Positions 1 through 8,439 are shown, counted from the stretch's first letter. The stretch is DNA of 64,000 nt from an uncultured Chloroflexia bacterium (GCA_963820495.1 CAWGAF010000002.1:121913-185912), one strand, 5' to 3'. The notes: generated by a model not told the origin, from the sequence alone. Numbers and translations: made by a program.

Positions 1-736
1 GTAGGCGCAGTTCAGGTCCGCCGCCATAGAGTTCACTGGTGATTCCACGGTCAGAAGGACTGTTGATAGGATCATTACTGTCTAACAGATATAACTTAAC
101 TCGTCCCACCTTGGTTTCCCAGGCACGCAACCACAAAACACGCCCAGGAAAGTCTATTGTAATCCGAAGCCAATCACCATTTTTGTCGCGAACTGGCATA
201 ATTGGTAGCTGGCTGGGGTCGTTGTATGGATAAAACTCGGTCTGATCCCCTTGAGTATCTATTACTTGGCGGAAATAACCCTGTTGGTACATGAGCCCCA
301 CACCAACTAAAGGCACGCCAAGATCGCTTGCAGTTTTAAGGTAATCACCAGCCAATATTCCAAGGCCCCCAGCGTAGATTGGCAGTGCTTCGCTTAAACC
401 GAACTCCATGCTAAAATAGGCTATACTCAGTGGTGACTTAGGATAAGCTTGTTGGAACCAGGCGGTTCCTTCTGTAGCCTCACGGTGCGCTATCACCAGG
501 TCATTCATAAGTCTGCCGAACTCAGCATCAGCAACAAGTTCTTGGAGGCGAGATGTGGTAACCATTTGAAGGATGAGCCATGGGTTGTTGGTGGTACTCC
601 ATAGTTCTGGGTCGATGCGTTCCCATAACTTGTCGGCGGCATGATTCCATGACCAGCGCAAATCCAGTGCCAGATTTGCCAATTCTTCCAGCCCTTTTGG
701 CAGTTGGGGTAGTAAATAGTAATTGGATACAGTCAC
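1..736 (-). CDS. alpha-glucan phosphorylase family protein (GT35), N-terminal ~245 aa; gene continues beyond window start
   Basis: Absent from ORF track (partial, GTG start). My minus-strand translation from GTG at 736 reads VTVSNYYLLPQLPKGLEELANLALDLRWSWNHAADKLWERIDPELW...YFSMEFGLSEALPIYAGGLGILAGDYLKTASDLGVPLVGVGLMYQQGYFRQ... and stays open to position 1. AGGT lies 7 nt upstream of the GTG, with an in-frame TAA further upstream. Confidence 0.8.
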   Translation of the reverse strand, partial: MTVSNYYLLPQLPKGLEELANLALDLRWSWNHAADKLWERIDPELWSTTNNPWLILQMVTTSRLQELVADAEFGRLMNDLVIAHREATEGTAWFQQAYPKSPLSIAYFSMEFGLSEALPIYAGGLGILAGDYLKTASDLGVPLVGVGLMYQQGYFRQVIDTQGDQTEFYPYNDPSQLPIMPVRDKNGDWLRITIDFPGRVLWLRAWETKVGRVKLYLLDSNDPINSPSDRGITSELYGGGPELRL

Positions 737-895
737 GATGTTTACCTGCGAACGATACGTCTCACCCCATTGAATGCTATTCTTTTCAGTTTTCCCTCTA
801 ATTCGCGTACTGACATGAATTTAGACTGTTGATGCTTTACTATTGACCCGCCGTTTGAATTCTTTGCTATCCCGCGGCTTGCGGCCAAATTTTCT

Positions 896-1579
896 TTACA
901 CCAGCATATAACCAAATGCTTTCTTGCTAATGATCCGCGAGGGTTTAGCAGGTTCAGGTTCTACTTTTTCACGCAGTCTGTGAATTAACTGGTCGATTGT
1001 GGCATCGGATATAGCCGAAGGGTCCTTACTTTCGGGCCACACTGCTTCAATTATCTCGTCTCGCGAGCATACATTTCCGGCATTTTTATAAAGGAACAGT
1101 AGCAGTTCATACTCTTTTTTGGACAGTTTCTTTTGCTTGCCGTCTATTAGGGCCTCTTTTTTCCCCTCCTCGATGTTCAGCCATGTCACTAGGAGTACTT
1201 TGCCGTGCTTACCGGTCAGGACTTCTTTCTGATGAATTATACTGGTGCCTTCAGATTCCTTGAACACCAGTATGATGTGTGCTGAAGTGCCTTCCAACCC
1301 AAGGCCGATCTTGCTGTTGTGCTTGAGTTCATATAAATTGCCGGTAATTATCCTGTCATCATTCAGCATTGTGCCATTGGTACTGCCAAGGTCCTTCACC
1401 CAATACTTGTCATCCTTCTGTAGTATTTCTACATGACGCCTGGAAACAACTTCGTCGTTCAATTCTATATCAGGTTTGTTCTGCGAAGTGAGGCGGCCTA
1501 CTACGACGACCGGTTTATTTAAGGTAAATGTTTTACCAATATCCTCGGCATTACCGCTCTTCACAATTATGAAAGCCAA
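896..1579 (-). CDS. FHA domain + OmpR/PhoB-type winged-helix DNA-binding regulator
   Basis: 227-aa ORF with TTG start and GAGG 6 nt upstream. The N-terminus has FHA hallmarks (VVVGR...SRRHVEI...GSTNGTMLND). The C-terminus (LSKKEYELLLFL...IDQLIHRLREKV...GYMLV) looks like a Trans_reg_C wHTH. Confidence 0.8.
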   Translation of the reverse strand: MAFIIVKSGNAEDIGKTFTLNKPVVVVGRLTSQNKPDIELNDEVVSRRHVEILQKDDKYWVKDLGSTNGTMLNDDRIITGNLYELKHNSKIGLGLEGTSAHIILVFKESEGTSIIHQKEVLTGKHGKVLLVTWLNIEEGKKEALIDGKQKKLSKKEYELLLFLYKNAGNVCSRDEIIEAVWPESKDPSAISDATIDQLIHRLREKVEPEPAKPSRIISKKAFGYMLV

Positions 1580-1658
1580 GCGTAACCTCTAAGCATACAG
1601 GGTCTAATTTGCCTATTGCAGTATAATATAGTGATCACAATAGTTAAAGAACCATGAG

Positions 1659-1700
1659 TTTGTCAGATTCATATTAGGTATTTGTCAGATATCTGTCAAG
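1659..1700. promoter_or_regulatory. three phased TGTCA direct repeats (candidate operator for adjacent wHTH regulator)
   Basis: TTTGTCAGAT occurs at 1659-1668 and again at 1681-1690, then CTGTCAAG at 1693-1700. The TGTCA cores start at 1661, 1683 and 1694, giving spacings of 22 and 11 bp. The site lies in the divergent intergenic region between 896-1579 (-) and 1759-2352 (+). Confidence 0.4.
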
Positions 1701-1758
1701 CAACGTACTTATCAATTGATTAGACTTTTATGAAAACCATGGATAAACGAAGAAAGCT

Positions 1759-2352
1759 GTGAAACGACTGAAGGTATTATGTAGGGTATGTAATACAGAG
1801 AATGATTCCAACGAAGGAGTCTGCCAGGGATGCGGGGTGTCTCTTGACGTGATAGAGCCGGGCAGTGGTGAATTAAAAATCATCTGCCCAAGGTGCCAGA
1901 ACACAAACAATGCCGGCAGTTTCTTCTGTTATACCTGCGGGAAATATTTCGCTGACATAGATCAAGCAAAGACAGGTTGTGGGCCCAATAAACGAGGACG
2001 GGGTGCACTAATGCGCTCTGCACCGAAGGCCAGGGTGATTATGCCAGGCGGGGCTGAAATAATGCTCACGGGCGCCCCTGTGTTCATAGAACGCAGCGAC
2101 TTTGATAGCACGCTGCCACATGAAATATTGATGAGCATTTCCAGACAGCATATTTTAATTACTTATAGTAGAGGCAAATATTACCTGACAGACTACGGGC
2201 ACGAAGGTAAGGGGAGCACTAACCATACCAGGCTTAACGGCATTGATATATATAAAAAAAGAAAGAAGGCTCTCAAAGACGGTGATAAGATTGAACTGGC
2301 TGGTCAGCCAGAACTTACCCTGACTTTCAGGTTGCTACAAGAGCCGAGCTGA
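1759..2352 (+). CDS. double zinc-ribbon + FHA domain protein
   Basis: 197 aa, GTG start. Two zinc ribbons (CRVCNTEN...CQGCG and CPRCQNTN...CYTCG) are followed by FHA motifs (ISRQHILI...GSTNHTRLNG...DGDKIELAG). Confidence 0.8.
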   Translation: MKRLKVLCRVCNTENDSNEGVCQGCGVSLDVIEPGSGELKIICPRCQNTNNAGSFFCYTCGKYFADIDQAKTGCGPNKRGRGALMRSAPKARVIMPGGAEIMLTGAPVFIERSDFDSTLPHEILMSISRQHILITYSRGKYYLTDYGHEGKGSTNHTRLNGIDIYKKRKKALKDGDKIELAGQPELTLTFRLLQEPS

Positions 2353-2376
2353 AGGAGAAATGTTTGGAGGACCCGA

Positions 2377-3180
2377 TTGGAAACAGGTTATAGCTGGGAC
2401 ACAGGACTCTTAAGAGAGATCAATGAGGATAGCATTCTGTGCACCAGCTTTGATCTCAAGACCCACCTGGGAGTCATCTCCGCTGGCCTCTTCGCGGTTG
2501 CAGACGGCATGGGGGGGTACAGTGCTGGTGAAATCGCCAGCGATATTGCCATAAAGACTCTCCATGCAGGGTGTATTTCAGGCCTCCTCGCCCAAAGCCC
2601 TGCTCCACCGCTCTCTATTTTGGCCGCTGCCTTCGACGAGGCTAACAGTAAAGTTATAGAATTTGCCAGCGACACGGATCTGAAGGGCATGGGTACTACC
2701 CTGACCGCTGTACTTGTGATTGGTGGGGATATGTATTTGGCCCACGTAGGTGATTCCAGGTGTTACATAATTAACACCTGGGAGACTATCCAGGTCTCAA
2801 AAGACCATTCCGTAGTCCAACAGCTTGTAGACGAAGGGACTATCACGCCAGAACAGGCAAGGAACCACCCACGCCGGAACGAGATAACACGCGTCCTTGG
2901 TTATTCTAGGGACATTGTCCCGGACCTACATCAGGTAAAACTATATTCAGGTGACAATATCCTTCTCTGCTCTGACGGTCTCTGCAGCGTGCTGCCTTCA
3001 AGTAAGATATCTGAAACCGTCATAGGTTCTGCCAACCCTAACGATGCCTGTACTGACCTGACCGCTCAGGCCAATCTGGCGGGAGGGCCAGACAATATAT
3101 CGGTAATAATAGTAAAGCCCAGCAACCTTCCATCCTGGCAGGCCGTGACCACAGCCCAAACCAGCATTAGGAGAATGTAA
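2377..3180 (+). CDS. PP2C-family Ser/Thr protein phosphatase
   Basis: 267 aa. PP2C motifs: REINEDS, FAVADGMGGYSAGEIAS, GMGTTLTAV, AHVGDSRCY, LLCSDGL, GGPDNISVIIV. Confidence 0.9.
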   Translation: METGYSWDTGLLREINEDSILCTSFDLKTHLGVISAGLFAVADGMGGYSAGEIASDIAIKTLHAGCISGLLAQSPAPPLSILAAAFDEANSKVIEFASDTDLKGMGTTLTAVLVIGGDMYLAHVGDSRCYIINTWETIQVSKDHSVVQQLVDEGTITPEQARNHPRRNEITRVLGYSRDIVPDLHQVKLYSGDNILLCSDGLCSVLPSSKISETVIGSANPNDACTDLTAQANLAGGPDNISVIIVKPSNLPSWQAVTTAQTSIRRM

Positions 3181-4202
3181 TGTGGGGGACGAGTAATGTT
3201 TTATTATTAATGGCCCTGGTCTATGCAGCTTTGGTGGTAACTATCGTTATATTTTTAAGTATACGCAAGCGTAAGAAGGGCCGTTCGCGTTCGGGCCAAA
3301 AGAAGGCACAGGTACCTACCTCTATAAGTAATAACACCTACATCATTAACGGGCGCTATGAACTAATGTCACCGCCTCACAAGCAGGGTGGCATGGCAAC
3401 CATTTGGCTTGCGGTCGATCGCAAAACAGGCAGGACGTGCGTTATCAAAACACCGCGCAGGGGTACTACGATAGATAATGTGTACCTTGAAAAGCTCCTG
3501 TTAGAAGCCAGCTATTTGAAGAGGCTCAAACATCCTAACATAGTCAAATACTTTGACGATTTCTACTATAAGGGCGAATTTCACCTTGTCATTGATTACC
3601 TGAATGGGGAAACTCTGATGGCATCATCGCCGAGGTCTCCCTTTGATGAACAACAGGTCATCTTCTGGGCTTGCCAGCTGCTAGATGCGCTTTCTTACAT
3701 ACACGCCGGCGGCATAGTTCACAGGGACGTTAACCCTAAGAACATAATGCTGCGCAACGATGGTACGGTCGAGCTGATCGATTTTGGCACGGCGAAAGAC
3801 TTGAATGATGCTAGTAAAAATAAGACAAGCATTGATCCGTTTACGCAGATCATGAACAAGGGCTTTGATATCCCAGAGCTGTTCATAGGCGGGGAAAGCG
3901 ACCAGCGCTGTGACCTCTGCGGCCTGGCACAGACCTGCATATATCTCCTTACGCTCAATCCGCCAAACGAGATTTGCTCGAGCTTGTTCAAATCCAACTG
4001 GCCACGCTCGTACAGTGAAGCCACAACTATTGCTGATTACCTTATGACAGCTGGTGTATCAAATCGTACGGCAAAGTGTCTGGCACAAGGCATCTTGTTC
4101 TTCCCAGGCAAGAGGTTCGCTGACGCACGCGCTATGTCGGCTGCATTGTCATCAGCATTGGGTTATCCGCTAAAACCAGTGGAGGTGCTGTTACAGAAGT
4201 GA
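3180..4202 (+). CDS. Ser/Thr protein kinase with N-terminal membrane anchor, no ectodomain
   Basis: 340 aa; the start overlaps the PP2C stop (TAATG). An N-terminal TM helix (LLLMALVYAALVVTIVIFL) is followed by kinase motifs: CVIKTP (VAIK-like), HRDVNPKN catalytic loop, DFGTAKD. Confidence 0.85.
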   Translation: MWGTSNVLLLMALVYAALVVTIVIFLSIRKRKKGRSRSGQKKAQVPTSISNNTYIINGRYELMSPPHKQGGMATIWLAVDRKTGRTCVIKTPRRGTTIDNVYLEKLLLEASYLKRLKHPNIVKYFDDFYYKGEFHLVIDYLNGETLMASSPRSPFDEQQVIFWACQLLDALSYIHAGGIVHRDVNPKNIMLRNDGTVELIDFGTAKDLNDASKNKTSIDPFTQIMNKGFDIPELFIGGESDQRCDLCGLAQTCIYLLTLNPPNEICSSLFKSNWPRSYSEATTIADYLMTAGVSNRTAKCLAQGILFFPGKRFADARAMSAALSSALGYPLKPVEVLLQK

Positions 4203-5311
4203 GAGGCACTTTACTGTTACTTTCTATTGCGTTGATTTTAGGAGCCTTTGCAGCGCTGCTTGGCCAAACGGCAGATGTTGGTGGGGTAGGCGCACCGACG
4301 GATAATTCTACAATACCAAATTCCCCTGCTATTGACCAATCTCAGGATGAAATCAAGCCGTCGGTGAACTATGTCCTGCGAGGGCCTACGTCACAGTCCA
4401 AAAGTACACCGCCCAATTTCATCCCCAGTTTCATAGCGACATCGGAACAGGACAAATTCAAGGTCACTGCAAATGAAACCTGGTATCTGGACGTGGACAT
4501 CAATACGCCCGGATGGCTTTATATTTATGAATATTTTCCCGGGGGAGAGGACTTCCAGGGAAAATGGATAGCCTATAAATGGCAATTGCTGCAAAGCGGC
4601 CTCTGGAAGCTTGGCCCGTTCACTCCCGAGAATAATGAACCAGAGGGGCAGCATATATACCGGATTTGGTTTTACAGCGATGGTCAGTGGGCTGAGGAAG
4701 ACCCCAATGCCACGCAGAATAATCTTGTTTTCTGGACATATTCCAAAGGCCAGATTGCTGAGCAACCTGCAGAGCAAGTACCGCCACAACCACTGGTAGC
4801 CCCTGTAAAAGAAACCACGTTGCTTGACCAGTTGCACGGACTTATCACCCCACCGATGGTGCTGTGGTTCGGTCCCTTGGCCTTTATTGTCATCGTCATG
4901 CTCGGCCTTTATCTGTTTTGGAGGTATGCTAGGCGGGCTAGAAGTCAGGAGCCAGTATCACTGCCTGATGAGTCAGAGTTTGAAGTACCATCCGCGGTAT
5001 TACCATCAGTCGCACTCAGTGCCAAAATAGCGCTACCCAACGGTTTGGAGATCCAGATCGCCGGCAAAAGCAGAGTGATAGGGCGAGTTGAACTCGCCAG
5101 GGCGCTTGGCTTGGATGAACTGGGGCTCATCTCGAGACGACACTTCGAAGTTAGGTCGGAATGCGAGCAGTTCTACATTGAGGACCTGGGCAGCGCTAAC
5201 GGCACCAGACTCAACGGTGCAGATATCAAAGGCAAAGGGCCAGTCAGCCTAAATAACGATGACGTCATAGAACCGGCCGGCGCAATAAGTCTAAAGTTTT
5301 ATGTTCCTTGA
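4199..5311 (+). CDS. single-pass membrane protein, secreted ectodomain + cytoplasmic C-terminal FHA domain
   Basis: 370 aa; GTG start overlaps the kinase stop (GTGA). Contains a signal peptide, an ectodomain with the PGWLYIYEYFP...GLWKLGPF motif, a TM helix (LAFIVIVMLGLYLFW), then FHA motifs (IGR...SRRHFEV...GSANGTRLNG). Confidence 0.8.
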   Translation: MRGTLLLLSIALILGAFAALLGQTADVGGVGAPTDNSTIPNSPAIDQSQDEIKPSVNYVLRGPTSQSKSTPPNFIPSFIATSEQDKFKVTANETWYLDVDINTPGWLYIYEYFPGGEDFQGKWIAYKWQLLQSGLWKLGPFTPENNEPEGQHIYRIWFYSDGQWAEEDPNATQNNLVFWTYSKGQIAEQPAEQVPPQPLVAPVKETTLLDQLHGLITPPMVLWFGPLAFIVIVMLGLYLFWRYARRARSQEPVSLPDESEFEVPSAVLPSVALSAKIALPNGLEIQIAGKSRVIGRVELARALGLDELGLISRRHFEVRSECEQFYIEDLGSANGTRLNGADIKGKGPVSLNNDDVIEPAGAISLKFYVP

Positions 5312-5482
5312 CCCTGTAAAGGTCAATCAGAGATTAACCCCATCAAACTATTCCGTCCACCATCTTCCTTTTTGTCAGGAAACTGTCAGTTAACTGTCAG
5401 ACTGTGGTCAAGCAGTCCACTTCCGGCACGTGTATATTTAACCTTGATAAGGAAATATTATATTTGGGAGTTGACAGTCATA

Positions 5483-7039
5483 ATGAAGAAGATTTTAGTG
5501 GCGATTCTTATTATTATCTTGGTCCAATCAGTCGCTATTATTGCAATCTCACCTGTCTATGCCCAGGACTACCCGCTTCCGCCGTTAAGCCCTGATGTAT
5601 CATGGCAACCTCCGTATCAAGGAGGGCAGTTTATGGAGCCCCAGGTGGGCGTAGAAACGTACAGCCAAACTTGGTCTAACCTACAAATTTCGCCGCCGTT
5701 GGCCGTTGCACCGGGAACCCCGAGCTCTATAGTAAATGCTTACCTTGTCAATAGCTACGGACAGATCCTGACCGACCTGTATCGTAACGGGATATGTTAT
5801 CTAATTGTGTCTTTTAACGGTCCGGGCTATTTCTATCTATGGGAATATTACCCTTCTGGCACCACATCTTACGGACACTGGCTTTGTTACCGATGGTACC
5901 GCCCATACGCTGGCGTCTGGAGGGTCGGGCCATTCGCTGCTGAGTCCTTTGACCCTGCTGGCAGGCATATCTGGAAGATGTGGTTCCTTTCTGGGTACTC
6001 CTGGTCAACTCGGTTACTGAGTTTTAATTTCACCAGGAGCTATTATCCGCCAGACATACCAGGCCTGACACCTGGGCTTATTCATTCACCAGTGATTAAC
6101 TCATTCAGTGCCAACAAATCTTCTGTCGAGGCAGGGGAGACAGCAATCCTGACCTGGACAACCACATATGCTGACAGCGTGACTATATCGCCGGGTGTTG
6201 GAACAGTCGCTGCCTCTGGCTCCACGTCAGTCACTCCAGCTTCCACAATCAGTTATACATTGGTGGCGAGGGGTAAATCGGGCAACCCCGCATCATCGAC
6301 TGCAACCATAACGGTTATACCTAGGCTTCCACCCAATATCAGCATCGGCCAAGCCACAATACAGAGCGGGCAGTCAACATCCCTATCCTGGAATGCCCCC
6401 GGAGCGATCCAGGTATCAATAACGGATGTTGGCAATGTCGGTAACAGTGGGACTACGCAGGTATCGCCGGATAACACAACTACTTACACACTTGCCGCTA
6501 CTTATATTGATGGTACTGCGCAGTCTACATCCGTAACAGTTAACGTAGAGCGGCCGCCATATTTGCTCTGGGGCATTATAACTTTATTGGCAGCAGCAGT
6601 CGTTGTGATAGTTATCTTACTTGTCAGGAGATCTGCGGCAGTCCCCCGGGCACAGGCGGCAGATACACAAGGAGCTTACACGCCAGAGTCAAAAGCAACA
6701 CTTTCCACTGATACATTGCCGGCCACCACGCCGGTAGAGGAGGTTGCCGCGGCTAAGCTTGCCATGCCAGATGGGAACGAGATACTACTGGCAGGCAATG
6801 CCAGGTCTTTCGGTCGGCATGACTTTGAAGAATTCATGCTGCGTGATCAAGTCTCTTATATATCTAGGCAGCACATCAACATCTGGCACGAAAGCGGTCA
6901 CTACTACATTGAGGATCGCAGCAGCACCAACGGCACCAAGATCAATGGTACAAATATCAAGGGAACCGGCCGGCATGCACTTGATGACGGCGATGTAATT
7001 GAGCTTGCAGGCAAATTGAGCATCACTTTTAAAAAATAA
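5483..7039 (+). CDS. single-pass membrane protein, paralogous ectodomain + two Ig-like repeats + cytoplasmic C-terminal FHA domain
   Basis: The track ORF begins at 5372, but the signal peptide MKKILVAILIIILVQSVAIIA starts at ATG 5483. The ectodomain motif PGYFYLWEYYP...GVWRVGPF is paralogous to 4199-5311. Then come two repeats of ~85 aa, a TM helix (IITLLAAAVVVIVILLV) and FHA motifs (FGR...SRQHINI...SSTNGTKINGT). Confidence 0.8.
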   Translation: MKKILVAILIIILVQSVAIIAISPVYAQDYPLPPLSPDVSWQPPYQGGQFMEPQVGVETYSQTWSNLQISPPLAVAPGTPSSIVNAYLVNSYGQILTDLYRNGICYLIVSFNGPGYFYLWEYYPSGTTSYGHWLCYRWYRPYAGVWRVGPFAAESFDPAGRHIWKMWFLSGYSWSTRLLSFNFTRSYYPPDIPGLTPGLIHSPVINSFSANKSSVEAGETAILTWTTTYADSVTISPGVGTVAASGSTSVTPASTISYTLVARGKSGNPASSTATITVIPRLPPNISIGQATIQSGQSTSLSWNAPGAIQVSITDVGNVGNSGTTQVSPDNTTTYTLAATYIDGTAQSTSVTVNVERPPYLLWGIITLLAAAVVVIVILLVRRSAAVPRAQAADTQGAYTPESKATLSTDTLPATTPVEEVAAAKLAMPDGNEILLAGNARSFGRHDFEEFMLRDQVSYISRQHINIWHESGHYYIEDRSSTNGTKINGTNIKGTGRHALDDGDVIELAGKLSITFKK

Positions 7040-7057
7040 ATATAAATAGGAGGTACA

Positions 7058-8377
7058 ATGAATTTCAGAAAGGCAATCCTAATCTTGGCAGTAGCATTAT
7101 TAATATGCTCTGCGACATTATTACAGGTCACACCGACATTCGCTGCAGCGGTCGTGGCGAGCGAACATGGGGTGTCATTGCAGGACCTTCCACCGCCACC
7201 TCCACCTCCACCACCACCACCTCCACCTCCACCACCTCCTCCACCTCCACCTCCACCTCCACCTCCACCTCCACCTCCACCTCCGCCTCCACCTCCACCT
7301 CCGCCTCCACCTCCACCTCCACCTCCACCTCCACCTCCGCCTCCACCTCCACCTCCACCTCCGCCTCCACCTCCGCCTCCACCTCCACCTCCACCTCCAC
7401 CTCCACCTCCACCTCCTGCACCGCCGAGGTGGTACCTTCCTAGTTATCTAGGTCCATGGCCTTATACTTGGAGGTTGCCAAATTACATATGGCCAAACGT
7501 GGTAATAATTGAGCAACCTCAAAAGCAGCCTGTCTATGCGCCGGTAGTTAACTCGTTTACCGCTAATCCGGGTTATATTCATTCGTATGAGACAGTTGTA
7601 TTAACGTGGACCGTGAGTAATGCAGATACAGTTACCTTATCCCCTGGGATTGGTTCAGTTCCCAATTCCGGCTCATACAATGTGAGCCCTGGTTATACAA
7701 CTACCTATACTCTTTCTGCTACTAATAACGCCGGCAGTGTCAGCGCCAGCACCACTGTGACGGTTGTTCCATACGCTTCCGCTTTAAACACCAGCATAGG
7801 CACCCAAGTCATAAGCGATGGGAGCGTTGTCAATGCTGGTGCCAGCGACATCGTGCCCCTCGGGTTCGGGGGTGGCGATGGACCGTTTAATTCATGGCCG
7901 CCGTATGTCCTGTTGATTGGCTTGCTGGTTATAGCGGGCGCGGTTATAGCAGTTTTTCTGGTCAAAAAACCCGCTGTAGCCCATGCAGGACGCCGTGCCA
8001 GCGCGCCTGCAGGATACCTGGCTTGGGCTACCGATACACCAGTTGCAACTAGAACTCCACAAACCACGCCCATTGATGCCGGGACTTCAGCGAAGTTCGT
8101 AACGCCGGATGGGGGGCACATATCCGCATCAGGAAATGTCGAATCTCTGGGAAGGAATGATTTCCAATCTTTTGTGATGCCAGACGAAATCAGCCTGATT
8201 TCCAGGGAGCACATACGAGTCGAATGCGAAAATGGCAAGTACTACATAGAGGACCGTAATAGCACTAATGGCACTAGGATTAACGGGTCTAGAATCACTG
8301 GCAAAGGCAGGTTCTTATTGAGGGATGGTGATGTGATCGAGCTTGCTGATGTACTTACCATTATCTTCAAGGCTTAA
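7058..8377 (+). CDS. single-pass membrane protein with 76-residue polyproline tract, Ig-like repeat and cytoplasmic C-terminal FHA domain
   Basis: 439 aa, AGGAGG SD. Order of elements: signal peptide (TFA/AAV), polyPro tract, a repeat similar to those of 5483-7039 (VVNSFTANP...TYTLSATN), a TM helix (VLLIGLLVIAGAVIAVFLV), then FHA motifs (LGR...SREHIRV...NSTNGTRINGS). Confidence 0.8.
   Translation: MNFRKAILILAVALLICSATLLQVTPTFAAAVVASEHGVSLQDLPPPPPPPPPPPPPPPPPPPPPPPPPPPPPPPPPPPPPPPPPPPPPPPPPPPPPPPPPPPPPPPPPPPPPPPPPPPPAPPRWYLPSYLGPWPYTWRLPNYIWPNVVIIEQPQKQPVYAPVVNSFTANPGYIHSYETVVLTWTVSNADTVTLSPGIGSVPNSGSYNVSPGYTTTYTLSATNNAGSVSASTTVTVVPYASALNTSIGTQVISDGSVVNAGASDIVPLGFGGGDGPFNSWPPYVLLIGLLVIAGAVIAVFLVKKPAVAHAGRRASAPAGYLAWATDTPVATRTPQTTPIDAGTSAKFVTPDGGHISASGNVESLGRNDFQSFVMPDEISLISREHIRVECENGKYYIEDRNSTNGTRINGSRITGKGRFLLRDGDVIELADVLTIIFKA
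7190..7417 (+). repeat. imperfect hexanucleotide repeat (CCACCT / CCGCCT)n encoding 76 consecutive Pro codons
   Basis: Read codon by codon in the frame of CDS 7058-8377, every codon from 7190 to 7417 is CCN. It is followed by GCA CCG CCG. Confidence 0.95.
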
Positions 8378-8394
8378 CAGTACTAAGAGCCAGC

Positions 8395-8439
8395 ACTTGT
8401 GAAGAAAACAGGTGCTGGCTCTTGTTTTTCTGTTCGTAA
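8395..8439 (+). terminator. rho-independent terminator after the FHA operon
   Basis: Perfect 12-bp stem (AAGAGCCAGCAC at 8395-8406, GTGCTGGCTCTT at 8422-8433), 15-nt loop, then GTTTTT. Confidence 0.75.

Noticed and set aside
7105-7451. Track ORFs 7105-7443 (STSTST...), 7167-7451 (HLHLHL...) and 7128-7421 minus (EVEVEV...)
   Set aside because: They are simply the other reading frames of the CCACCT repeat. Only the Pro frame is continuous with a signal peptide upstream and with Ig-like, TM and FHA domains downstream.
4391-8238. Long antisense ORFs inside the FHA membrane-protein genes (e.g. 4391-4837 minus, 7705-8238 minus)
   Set aside because: They have no recognisable motifs and no SD, and they are fully embedded antisense to ORFs with clear domain content.
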